Below the pieces are notes generated by a model. It was given only the letters and a program-made list of their open reading frames with translations. It was not told where the DNA came from and did not search any database. Positions 13,266 to 24,299 of a stretch of DNA of 64,000 bases are shown here, piece after piece. Both the position numbers and the translations under genes were made by a program. Position 1 is the first letter of the stretch. The number at the start of each line of letters is the position of its first letter. The DNA lies in assembly GCA_004431415.1 (NCBI GenBank), contig QPMI01000523.1, forward strand, positions 62,001 through 126,000, in the 5' to 3' direction. The stretch comes from Cyanophora paradoxa CCMP329. Taxonomy: Eukaryota; Plantae; Glaucophyta.

Positions 13266-16200
13266 CTACGACCAGGCCTCCACGATGTAGCGGCTCGTCT
13301 GATATCACGCGGCGGATCAGCGTCTTCTAAAACCACCGAGACAGAACAGACGGTTCACCTTGCGCATCTCGTCGATGTACTTGGAGGCCATCTCGCGGGT
13401 GAAGCCGTCTTCCTTGCCGCCCTCCGACATGGCCGTCTCGATGGCGGCGCGGATGTCCTGCGGGACGCGCCCCGCCGGCCCGCAGAAGAAGAAGTAGCCG
13501 CCGCGCTTCACGAACGCCTCGTACAGCAGCTCCGGCTCCGCCGCGATCTTGTCCTGGATGTACACCTGCGCGGGCGGAGGAGGGTGAGGGGCGGGGCCCG
13601 AGGCGGGAGCCGGGCCGGCGGACCTTCTTGGGGCCGTCGCGGGAGAAGGCGACGCGGAGGTGGGAGAGGGCGCCCTTGGCGACGAACTCGTCCCAGCGGT
13701 CCGAGTAGAGGTAGTCGCCCTTGGAGTGGCGGCACCCGAAGAAGAGCACCGACCAGCCGACGCGCTTCCCGTGGTCCACCTGGAAGGAGCGCTCCTGCAC
13801 CATCGCCCGCATGGGCGCCAGGCCCGTGCCGAGGCCGGCCATGACGATGGGCGTGCTCGGGTGCGGGGGCATGCAGATGCCGACGCCGGGCTTGAGGGCG
13901 ACGCTGATCCAGTGCGGGCCGTCGACGAGCTGGCGGAGGTAGCCCGTGCAGGTGCCGAAGCCGACGCTCTTGTCCGGCTTCTCCCAGTCGACGATGACGA
14001 TGGAGAGCTCGAGCTTGCCCACGGCGACGTGCGGCGACGAGGCGATCGAGTAGTAGCGCGGCTTGATGGCGGGGATCATGTCGAGGAGCTGGGCGAGGGG
14101 CGGGCGGGCCGAGGGGTAGGCCTGGAGGACGCCGGCGTAGGTGACGTGGCCGAGGTCCTTGAGGAGGACGGAGAAGGCGGCCGTGCCGCGCCACGTCTTG
14201 CGCGCGATGCTGTCGAGCTCGTCGCGCTGGTGCACGTCCGTCGCGAACTTGGCGAGGGCCCCGAAGAAGCGCAGGTTCGGCCGCCCGAAGACGTCAACGC
14301 AGTCGCAGAACTGCGCCCCGCCCGACAGCCCCCGCTCAGCGCAGGCCTCGGCGGGAGAGCTAAGCGGGGCGGGGCGGCGGGGCGGGCGCACGTAGTCGAG
14401 GAGGGAGGTCTGGGGGCCCATCGGGGGCTTGGCCTTCGCGTCGCCCTTGAAGTGCTCGTTCACTGCGACCGGGCCGGGTTAGCCAGCTAAACAGGGCGCA
14501 GGCACTCATGGGGGGAGCCGGGCGGGGGCGGGCGGACGCTTGAAGGTGATGAGGTCGCTGGGCTCGAGGGCGTAGAACTTGAGGAAGGCCTTGACCTCCT
14601 CGGGGTCGTTGCGCGCGTAGATCGCCAGCGCGTCGCCCACCGTGTACTTGAGCGGCTCCGGCACCTGGTCCACCTCGAACACGATGTGCCGCACGTCGCG
14701 GTCATAGCCGTCGGGCGTGATGCGGACGTTGGACTCGACGCGGATGAGCTGGCCCATCGGGTCCGTTACGATCGGCTTCCAGGTCTCGTCGAACTTGCGG
14801 GCGCCGCCCTCCTTGGGCCCGGCCGTGAGGAAGACGTGGTGCGAGGGGAGCGGGATGGAGCCGTCGTCCTTGACGGGCGGGAGCTTGAGGGTCTTGTAGG
14901 CCTCGGGGGCCCACTTCTCGAAGCCCGTCTCGAAGCGCTCCTCGTCCTGGTCGTCGCCGACGCCGCGGGCGAGGAAGCGGTGCGCGCCGAGCTCGGCGAG
15001 GCGCTCCTCGATCTCGACGGCGGCGCGGTTGAAGTGCGCGTACGACGAGTCGCCGATGCCCATCACGCTGTAGTGGAGGTTGCGGAGCCAGCCGGGCGGG
15101 TGCTTCTTGCTGCTGATGCCCGTCCAGAAGTCCTTGGCGTTGTCGGGGATCTCGCCCTGGCCGGCCGTCGAGACGACGACGATGAGCGTGCTGACGGTGG
15201 CGAGGTCGTCCATCTCGAGCTCGTCGGCCTCCGTGCACTTGACGGCGATGCCGCGCGCCGCACACTCCTTGGCCACCACGCGCGCCAGCGACTCCGCGTT
15301 GCCCGTCTCCGACCCGTAGATGATGCGGATCGCCTTGGGCGGCAGCGTCCACTCGACGGTCGGCGGGTACTCGACGACGGCCGCCGGCTTGGCCTCCTCC
15401 GCGTGCGCCGCCTCCTCCTTCTCCTCGTGCATGCCGGCCGTCAGCGCGCTGAACGAGGCGTCCAGCGCCTTCTTCTCCATGTGGTCGTGCGCGTGCCCGT
15501 TGCCGTTGCCGTTCTCGTGCCCGTGGCCGTGGCCGTGGCCCTGCGAGGAAAGTTCAGACGTGGCGCGGCGGCGAGGCGAGGCGGCGCGGCGCGGCGCGCA
15601 CGTTCTCGGGCTTGACGTGGTTGGGCCAGAACTCGGTGTGGAGCAGGTGGTGGCTCTTCTCGCCGAGCGGCTTGCCGAGGTACTCCTGGTAGAGGGCCTT
15701 CACGGCGGGGTTCTCGTGCGACTTGCGCACGACGGCGCGCTCGTCCGACGTGTAGAGCGCCTGCATCCGCTTCTTTGCGATGCCCTTGTCCTTCGACTTG
15801 GGCTGCCCGGGGCCGCTGATGCACCCGTTCTGGCACATCACTTCGCGCGCGCGCGAGCGAGAGGGACCGTCAGGCTTCTTCTGCCGGGCGCGGAGGGGGA
15901 GGGCGGGCAGGGCGCACTGATTTCAACGAAGTGGAAGGGGCACTCGCCGGCGCGGGTCATCTCCATGATGCGCTTGATGCTCGTCAGGCCGCACACGACG
16001 CAGAACTTGAGCTCGCCGACCCCGGGGACATCCAGCGCGCCTGCGCGCGGCGCGGGGGCGGCGTCAGGCGCGGGCGGGCGGCGAGGGGCCGGCGCTCGCT
16101 CGCCTTCCTTGACGCCGAAGAGGCCGCGGGCGTCCCGAACCTCCACCTTCTCGAGGGTCTTGCCGGTCGCGAACTCGTACGCTGCGCCGCCCGGGTCAAA

Positions 16201-17782
16201 CGCGCCGAACACGCGAAAAAACCCAAAGAACCCACTCGGACTCACCGGTGCGAACGGCGGCCTCCATGACACCCCCAGTCACACCGAAGATGGCGCCGGC
16301 GCCCGTGCCAGCGCCCATCCAGCTCGCGAACTGGCCGGTCGGGCCAGAGCCGTCTGCAGGCCGCGTCAGAAAACATCAGAGGGAACGCACGAAAAAGAAA
16401 GGACGGAGGCTGGCGCACCGAGCTCGTCCCAGTCGATGTTCATGGCGCGGAAGATCTGGCCGATCTCGCGCGTCGTGATGACGTGGTCCGTCTTCGAGAT
16501 GGGGTCCTGCAGCTGCGGCCGCTGCGCCTCCACCTTCTTGATCGAGCACGGCATGATGGACGTCTGCGGCGCGGCGCGGCGCGGTCGGCGGCGCTCAAAA
16601 AGGGGCGCGAGGCCTCCGGCGCACCACGACGATCTGCGAGACATCGATGCCGGAGCGCTCCGCAAACATGCTCTTGATGAGCGCGGAGTTCATGCCCATC
16701 GGAGACTTGCACGATGAGACGTGGTCGATGAGATCCGGGTAGTCCTCCTCCACCAGCCGCTGCCAGCCCGCGCAGCACGAGGTGAACATCGGGAACTTGC
16801 CTCCAGACTTGATCCTGAGCCGCGCACATGTGAGCGCCCGCAGAACCAACCCCAAAAGGAGGAGGAAAGCACGGCGCACTTCTCAAGCAGCTCAGACGCC
16901 TCCTCCATGATAGTGACATCGGCGGCGAACCGCAGATCAAAAACTGATTCGATGAAGGGGTCGGAAACAGCACAAACCGCGAGAGAGATAAAAGAAAGTA
17001 CCGTGATCAAAACCGATCTTGTGCAGAGCCTGGACGAGCTGCGCCGGCTTGATGGAGCCGGGCGGGAGGTCAAACTCCTCCGCGATAGAAACGAAAGTTG
17101 CGGGCGCAATCTGAGCGCAGTGGACCTGCCAGCGGCGGATCAGATCCGGAAAACGAAAGAAGCGCGCGCTGTCCTCACCCGCTTCTCCAGCCGCTTGTCC
17201 TCGATCCGACGGAGGACGACCTGCGCGTCCTTCTTGACCTTCTCCGAGGGCCGCTCGTCCTTGGACTTGTGGTCGTCGTCCTCGGGCTTCATCTCCATGC
17301 GGAGCTTGGCAATGAGGTTTGAAAGCGCTTCCTCGTCATCGTTCGAGTCCTTCAGAATGGTAGGCATCGCCGCCAGCACAACGTCAATGAGATGCTGCAT
17401 CTTGGGGTCCGCCGGCGGCTTCATCGACCCCTGGCTGCCCTGGCGCTGGACGGCGCTGCGGGAGGCGCCGATCACGCACGTACGCCAGAAGAAAGCAGAA
17501 ACGAGCGCACCGAGATGCGAATCCGATGCCGTTGAGGGCAGCGAGCGAGTTGGGGCGACCCGCCTGATCAAAAGTGAGAAGAGGCGCCGGGCATACGCGC
17601 AGCACCGGCGGCGTCATTGCGCGAGCTCGAACCTTCGTTCCATCGACTTGATCCTGTGAGCCACGGCGCCCATCGAGCTGTGGCGGGAAAGGGTCAACAT
17701 GGCGTCAATGAGTCGCGAAGGGCCAAGCGACCGCGCCGAGGCGCGAACAAACCTTCTCGGTGCTTGCTGGCTTCATATCCAT
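13266..17782 (-). CDS. hydA: [FeFe]-hydrogenase H-domain fused to flavodoxin + FAD/NADPH-binding (CysJ/CPR-like) domains, multi-exon
   Basis: H-cluster motifs FTSCCAGW, MPCSIKKVE, EIMMCQNGCISGPGQP; also ADVTIMEE, GVTGGVMEAAVRT, SHENP, HHLLHT. Then a His/Gly linker, flavodoxin IIYGSETGNAE, FAD motif RYYSIASS, GLGTGLAPMRAM, LFFGCR, AFSR, YIQD and C-terminal YIVEAWS*. Start exon inferred. Confidence 0.9.
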
Positions 17783-19292
17783 CTGCTTCTCCGCGCTCTA
17801 GGCGAGGATTCCAAGTTAGAGACCGCTGATGCGCCCCGTCGTCCTTTGGGAGAGGGACGCGCAAAAAGCGTACCTGGGCACTCGACAACTTTTCCGCGCC
17901 CATGCACGCACAGGCGCCGCCCCCGGCGCAGCAGCTGCGTGGCGAATGAGGAAAAACGGCATCAAGGAGAGGCGAGCGGGGAAGGGTTGCGCGCGGCGCG
18001 GGCGCGGTGCCCGGGTGGTTAAGAAAGATGCAGGGAATGACACTAGCGCACCCTTCCCGGGCCATGACGATCTTCTCGGTTTCCATGTGAAAGTTTCCAC
18101 TCCCGCGCTCCCGCTTCCGGCGTTCGTTGCTGCGCTGCCGCTTTCCCTGCGTGCTATTGTACGCTTGCAAGGGTGCTTGTTGCGCTGCTTCAAATTCGCT
18201 GAGATGAGGGGCTCGCTTTGCAGTTCCGAAGTTTGTATACGCGTCTACGCTGCTGGCGCTAAAGACAAGTCGACTTGCCCGGGGGGGGAAGCAGTTCCAT
18301 TGAGCGGCACCGGGGTACAAGACATGACGTATGACGCTTATCGACGTGACTCGGTGACGGCGTGACGCCAGCGAGAAGATCAGAGGGAATCGCGGCTCAA
18401 TCGAAATATCGCCTTTGGGCCCCCCCCATAATTTTTTCCCAGGTCGCCCTCCGAATTTATCCTGAGGGCACCTACCCGACAAACCTCCCCTCAACGCTGC
18501 CCCAACCGTCCCAGCACCGTGCCCTCTCCGTGCCCGCTCGGTGATTGGTCGGTGTCGCCCCCTTCCCCGGCGGGCCCGGCCCTGTCATATATATATCATA
18601 TAAACAGTCCTGCCCCGTGGCAGTGCAGCCTCGGGTCTGAATCAGGTCCTGGGAAATGGGTAATAGTAATTAGACCTATTGGCTATAGCTACCCGGCACG
18701 ATCTGCATTACCATTAATATATAGTTTGGTTAACGGGCCCGGGTAACACTAGATGTAAATCGACTTGAGACAATATGAAGGCATATATGGTCGGGACTAG
18801 GGATGGATGGGTAAAGCGGAAGGTTACCCGTGGATACGACACTTCGATAATGAGAGGTATAGGATAAATGGCTTCGTGAGGGGTAGGGCTTATGTACACG
18901 ATCGACCGTCGGGCACGGTCGTTCGTACCCTGAGGGGTACGTGTATAACAGGACCGGTCAGAAGCGGGGAGCGCGGCTGAGTCTTCATCACGCGGGCAGG
19001 GGAAGCGGGAGCCTGTCGAGCGGAAGAACGTGGCATGGATAGCGCTTCAGGCACGGTCCTCCCGGGTGTGTGGTGGTGTTGGCGCAGACGCCCGTCGGCG
19101 TTCCGAGGCTGACATGTGACGAGCAGATCTAGAAGTTGCGCAGGACGTTGCGCAAGAACCAGTGAACAGCATTCGCCTAAGATTTTCGTGAAGGCAGAGC
19201 GGGCATCCAGCCCTATCGCTACCCTGGCGGCCCGAAGTGGTGCACATATGATATACCTGATATATGCTTTTGCCGGCGCCGGTGCAAGGATC

Positions 19293-20770
19293 ATGCTTAT
19301 CAAGGAGGTCATGGTCGCAGGCATGTCGTCAGAGGCATCGAAAAGTTCAGCATCGTCGGCGAGCAAGAAAAGTGCGAGCGGCCCAAGACCGGCAGCACCG
19401 CTCAGCTGCAGCACATCCCCGTCGAATATTTCTCAACGGCCGTCGGCGGAAGTGAAACCGGAGGGGGCATCGAGCTCCCCTCAGGGGACTCGGACAGGTG
19501 CACCGCGGATAGGCGCATGTACCGCTACAAGTTTTATGTCTATTAATTATGGCGCAGGCAAGGGTAGAGAGCCTTTGACGGGACGGCCATCTGCTAGGGA
19601 GGGAGGTGCATCCGCGGTCACCGCTCCAAAGGGTGCGATCTACCCACTTCGTACCCCCGCTCGAGCTCGGTAGATCCGACCTGCCTGCAGGCAAGGATCC
19701 AGAGCAGGGGGACGGCGAGTCAAGGGGCGGGGCGAGGGGATCCGCTTCCAAGTATTCAACGGGTACGTCGTCGGCCGGCCCGAAGCCTTAGTCGAGATCG
19801 ATCACGAGGCACAGTTTGACGTGGCGGACGCAGATAAGAGCATCGCCTCTCCCTCGGAAAAGCAGGCGGAGGGCGCTGAATCGATAGGAGGAGATGGTGT
19901 ACCCGAGGGTGCATCTTCTAGCGGCTCGCCAGCGCCCTCCGCCGGCAGCCCTGAACCCCTACTCTTACCGCCCCTCTGACCTGCGTACAGAATCAAGCCA
20001 TCCGCCGGCGGGGAGAAAGTACAAGTGTCCCGATTGTTTCAAGATCTACGTAGCAGCAGGGAAGCATGTTACGTGTTGCGACGGCCTGCCAGGTGCGAAC
20101 AACACAGCCGAAACGAATGATGCAATAAAAGACGAGGTGCACGCATTGACACGCTGACGCACCCAACGTAGAGGATGCAATCGTGGAGTCCGGGAAGGTT
20201 GAGGAACGGAGCCTTCGATGTTCGCGCTGTCGGCACACGTTTGTGAGGCAGAAAGCATTTGATCATCATGTGAAGAACCACATCAGAAAAGGTAAAGCGG
20301 CGAGACAAAGTAAAGGAGTCGTGGGTTGTGATAAGGGTTCTTACGATAATCTGTCTCAGAGGAAGATGCAGAAGGGACCGAGAAGGAGACGGAGGCATCT
20401 GAAGCAGAAGAGGACAGTGCCTCACCTCCGCGTACTCGGAAGAAATCAAAGACGGCTGCAGCAGGTCGGTGAAGAATTGTACTCTTCGAGCGTATTGTAT
20501 ACGTTGAAGCGTTCACGAGCAGGGGACGTCGAGCATATGCAGGAGGGTAAGCGATGATCGAATCTGCTCATTCTTTGCGTACGCCGACATGGACTGTGTA
20601 CATGCAGGTGCCAGCACGCATTCCGAGGGTTCCAATGCGCCTCCTGGAGGGGGAGATGCGGCCCAACCGGCTGTACCGGCACCGGATCCTGCCCTGGTGT
20701 TGGGGTGGACACGCGCAGAAGTCAGCAGGTGGATGAAAGGAACCTTCTCACTTGAAGGGGATTCGGCAGA
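19293..20770 (+). CDS. 5' exons of a C2H2 Zn-finger / SAM-like domain gene interrupted by the viral element
   Basis: Exons with CPDCFKIY and CSRCRHTFVRQKAFDHHVKNH (C2H2); last exon WTRAEVSRWMKGTFSLEGDSA(E) joins in frame to 48466. Start uncertain. Confidence 0.5.
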
Positions 20771-20775
20771 GTACG
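20770..20775 (+). repeat. left target-site duplication AGTACG
   Basis: Identical hexamer at 48398-48403, directly outside the TIRs. Confidence 0.95.
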
Positions 20776-21567
20776 ACACATATGAATATTCATATTTTAA
20801 TCCCTCGGCGTTCCGCCTCAGGATTAAAATATGAATATTCATATGTGTGATTCGATGTTATATCAATAAAATCGATTAATTTATTTGAATTTTCACATGA
20901 ATTTTCATATTTTTATATGCAATTTCAATTAATTTAATCGATATTATATCGATAAACTCGATTAATCGATATTGTATCTTAATTGTAGTTAATCGGAATT
21001 ATATCAATAACTTCGATTGATCTTAATTGAATTCTAAATGAATCTAATCGGAATTATATCAATAAATTCGATTAAATCATGTTCTTTTCCGATTAAATCA
21101 ATTAAATATTTAACTTTGTTACCATAAGTGGTCTAAGTTGACTCACTTTTCATAAACATTTTGAACTCTTAGTCTCCTTGAATTTCTTAAGATGACTCAA
21201 CTTAGTCAACTTAGTCAACTTTGTTACCATAATCAATCAGGGTGGACTCACTTTTAGATCAACTTTGAAATTTCAAGCAAAATCAACTTTGATTTCAAAA
21301 GTGGATCTTCTAAGTGGACTCAAAATGTTCACTTTGTGATACATGTTAGCTCAAATCCTTACTGTTTATGGTCAGGGTTGACTAAGTGGGGGGAGTTGAC
21401 ACATTTTGTGAAATCCTTTTTAGAAAACTTTTGGTCCCAAATATTTCCTGTGAAATTTGAGTCAACTCAACCCACTTAGTCAACCCTTGCATTGAATTCG
21501 TAACAAAATCCATATACTTTTACTACTTTTACGATTAATATGAGTCAACCTTGAGTCCACTTAAATA
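20776..21567 (+). repeat. left terminal inverted repeat (792 bp)
   Basis: Reverse complement of 47606-48397; I saw 4 mismatches, all in the inner ~170 bp; weaker similarity continues to ~21600/47568. Confidence 0.95.
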
Positions 21568-21832
21568 ATAGGGTAATAGGGGGAATCTAGGGCAGATGCT
21601 GAGTGTTATTGTAAGGAAATCGAATAGTATTCGAAATACTTGACATTGCTTAATGTAGGGTGCATTCATATTTCGGCTACATCATACAGTAGAATTCTAT
21701 TGTAACAAAAGCTACTGTAGAAAGAAAATCATTGTAGAAAGCTATTGTAGGAAAGGATATATTATATCCTTTTTTAACGATTGCCATTGTAATAAAAAAG
21801 GTAAATTACCCTGTTTATCATTATAGAAACCA

Positions 21833-22231
21833 TCAAAACGGGAATCTATCATGTTTATGTCTCTCAGTCTTCTCAAATGTTAAGAAATTCATTGTTTTAT
21901 CGATCTCATCTGCAACTGCTTGTGTTTTATGCTGAGCTTCTTTACCACAACTGAATATATCAATTGCTAACATGCCTTCATTGGAATAACAATGAGCTGT
22001 GCAATGGCTTTCATCTAATAGCAGAACCAATGCAAAACCAGGAGGTGATAGTTTGCCATCAAATATCTCACAATGCTTATGAACAATCCTAATACCTTGT
22101 CTCAATACTGCTTGTTCAAGGGTTCCCATAATCCAATTACCTAGGAAGCTAACATGCTCATAACCTGTTGCTATAGCTGATTTAGCCTTGTAATCAAGCA
22201 TAACATGAAAGCCTCTGTATTTAGTCTCCAT
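21833..22231 (-). CDS. speD: S-adenosylmethionine decarboxylase proenzyme family (prokaryotic class 1B, pyruvoyl)
   Basis: GFHVMLD, self-cleavage motif LLLDE|SHCTAH, AIDIFSCG; 132 aa. Confidence 0.85.
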   Translation of the reverse strand: METKYRGFHVMLDYKAKSAIATGYEHVSFLGNWIMGTLEQAVLRQGIRIVHKHCEIFDGKLSPPGFALVLLLDESHCTAHCYSNEGMLAIDIFSCGKEAQHKTQAVADEIDKTMNFLTFEKTERHKHDRFPF

Positions 22232-22254
22232 TAAGAATACCTTAGAAAAATTAA

Positions 22255-22527
22255 CTAGTCAAACCTAATGCAAATATCCCTATACTCTACTCTGATTGAT
22301 GAAGTAGCTCTTTTCCTGTGTGCTTGACTCTTTCTTTTGTTACAGTCCCTGCAACCTGATCCCTTCACATGATTAAAGGGATAGGTAAGGATCACCTTAT
22401 TACACTGCAAACATCTCACAGATACTTTCTCTTGAGCTTTGATGTAATGTGTCTCACTGTAATCGAATTTATCTTTACCATGAACTGTCATAGCAGCATC
22501 AATAAACTTTTTTGTTTTACTATCCAT
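22255..22527 (-). CDS. single Zn-ribbon repeat protein (DUF723-like), paralog of the repeats in 35040-35980
   Basis: FIDAAMTVHGKDKFDYSETHY...CLQC...NHVKGSGCRDC; no nuclease domain. Confidence 0.7.
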   Translation of the reverse strand: MDSKTKKFIDAAMTVHGKDKFDYSETHYIKAQEKVSVRCLQCNKVILTYPFNHVKGSGCRDCNKRKSQAHRKRATSSIRVEYRDICIRFD

Positions 22528-22549
22528 ACTCTATATATAACCAATATTC

Positions 22550-23383
22550 TTATGGAGCAGTATCCTGTCCAAAAATGGGGAAATATCGATTTGTGCCATA
22601 ATACTCAGCATAGGTATTCTGCCTTGCAATAAAATCGGTTCTCTCAGCATATAATACACACTTGTAGATACCAAACTTGGTGGCTCTCACCAGAAACTGA
22701 TAGTCTTCCAAACCGAAATTGACTCCATGATAAGCAATACCAAAATTATCATATGGGGTGATCACAACTGCAAAATTAGGAGTTCCACCCTCTACTTGAC
22801 ATACAGCATATACATCTGGTGGGATATCCACAACTACCTTGTAGTGGTCACCAATTTCAACAAGAGAGTCTACTACTGCTGTTTGTTCATTCACAACAAT
22901 TGGGAATATCTTTATAATGTATGGGGCATTCATGCTGGGGACATAGGTTCGAATTCTTGTGTTGGGATCAATGGGATTGGGTTGATCATTCACAAATAGA
23001 GGCGCTCCAACAGCCCCACCAACCCTAAGACCATCACCAATATAAGCTCCCCCCGATTTGCAGTTAATAGCTCCCGACCTAGATTCAAAAGAATAAGTAG
23101 ACAGAGGATCTCCATAGCTATCTGGGTCTCCATAATGAGCAGAAAAGTTTGCATTTGTGACAAGTAGCTTAGTTGTCTTAACTATTCCATTATTTTTATC
23201 ACATCTGAGTTCTTGTAATCTCAGCTTGTGGGTGGAACCAAAGGTGTTCATTGTAGGTTGGACCTCTGTGGATTGGAGACCTTCCACATCATCAAAGGTA
23301 GCATGTTGCAGAACATGGTTTGCTGGTGCAGCTAATGAAAGCTGAGGTGTAATTATTCGTTCAAGTGGGGGTTGCTCAGCCAT
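22550..23383 (-). CDS. fibre-like paralog 4 (shared N-terminal domain, distinct C-terminus)
   Basis: Shares LRLQELRCDKNNGIVKTT..LLVTNAN and KSGGAYIGDG with the three upstream paralogs. Confidence 0.65.
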   Translation of the reverse strand: MAEQPPLERIITPQLSLAAPANHVLQHATFDDVEGLQSTEVQPTMNTFGSTHKLRLQELRCDKNNGIVKTTKLLVTNANFSAHYGDPDSYGDPLSTYSFESRSGAINCKSGGAYIGDGLRVGGAVGAPLFVNDQPNPIDPNTRIRTYVPSMNAPYIIKIFPIVVNEQTAVVDSLVEIGDHYKVVVDIPPDVYAVCQVEGGTPNFAVVITPYDNFGIAYHGVNFGLEDYQFLVRATKFGIYKCVLYAERTDFIARQNTYAEYYGTNRYFPIFGQDTAP

Positions 23384-23406
23384 TTTACATTAAAGGGATA
23401 TATCTT

Positions 23407-24261
23407 TTATGGGGTTGGGTCATCAATTACATCTGGTTCCATGTAAAATCCTGTTGTGAATATATCAGCAACATGTACACCACGAAGTGCTGATACAGCT
23501 GCTATATCTGTTCTCAGTCCCATAATCATAGTATTGTATACTCCCACCTCAGTGACAAACAGATCATAGGTAAATGTCAAATTGTTATAAACACAATATC
23601 CTCTGCCAAAATGGTTCGAAGCTTGAACAAAGAATAAGTAGTTGTGACCTGGTTGATTATTATTGGCTCTACACATGGAAAGCATTGAAGTGGGAAGAGG
23701 AATATTTCTTCTTACTCGATCAGTTCCTGTAATGGAAACTAATTCCGAATTCTCAAGAGTTACAGAGGATGCAACATAGAAATGCAAAAAAGGTTGCTGT
23801 GCAACAGGTGTGTAGAAACGAATTCGTTGGGGATTCTCTACATTTTGTTCAAGAGTATCTGGGACATCATTATACGAAACTGATGAAGAGAGTTGTCCTG
23901 AAACACGACAACCACCACCAATAAATGCTCCTCCTGATCTCACAGTAACAGCAGCAGAATTCTTGTCGAAATCGAGGGCTTTCAGATCAACACTGTAAGC
24001 ATCAGGACCTCCATTAGTAGGTTGGAAGAAATTCGCATTTGAGACAAGGAGTCGAGTTGTTTTAACTACACCCGAATTCTTATCTGCTCTCAGTTCTTTA
24101 ACTCGAATAATCGAATTCTTATCAAATGAGTTACCATTGGAATTGGGTCTCTCTGTGGATTCTAAACCACGAACCTCATCATTAACTTCATGCTGGCGAA
24201 AGTGCATAGCAGGGGATCCAAGGGAATATATTGGAAGTTGAACTCGATTATATTCACCCAT
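23407..24261 (-). CDS. fibre-like paralog 3
   Basis: Likely start MGEYNRVQ; IRVKELRADKNSGVVKTTRLLVSNAN and RSGGAFIGGG. Confidence 0.65.
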   Translation of the reverse strand: MGEYNRVQLPIYSLGSPAMHFRQHEVNDEVRGLESTERPNSNGNSFDKNSIIRVKELRADKNSGVVKTTRLLVSNANFFQPTNGGPDAYSVDLKALDFDKNSAAVTVRSGGAFIGGGCRVSGQLSSSVSYNDVPDTLEQNVENPQRIRFYTPVAQQPFLHFYVASSVTLENSELVSITGTDRVRRNIPLPTSMLSMCRANNNQPGHNYLFFVQASNHFGRGYCVYNNLTFTYDLFVTEVGVYNTMIMGLRTDIAAVSALRGVHVADIFTTGFYMEPDVIDDPTP

Positions 24262-24299
24262 TGCTTCTTTTACTAAGAAGGAAAGAAAAATAATGTACA

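Noticed and set aside
5033-16717. Long Arg/Pro/Gly/Ala-rich ORFs (e.g. 10512-12611, 5918-7462, 15320-16717)
   Set aside because: Shadow frames of high-GC spliced genes on the other strand or frame.
15540-17140. Nar1/NARF instead of a true hydrogenase
   Set aside because: TSCC motif with the proton-transfer Cys, ADVTIMEE, the SHENP small-subunit region and nearby hydE favour HydA.
20849-21567. CRISPR-like array in the TIR repeats
   Set aside because: Repeats are short, irregularly spaced and in both orientations; no cas genes; eukaryotic context.
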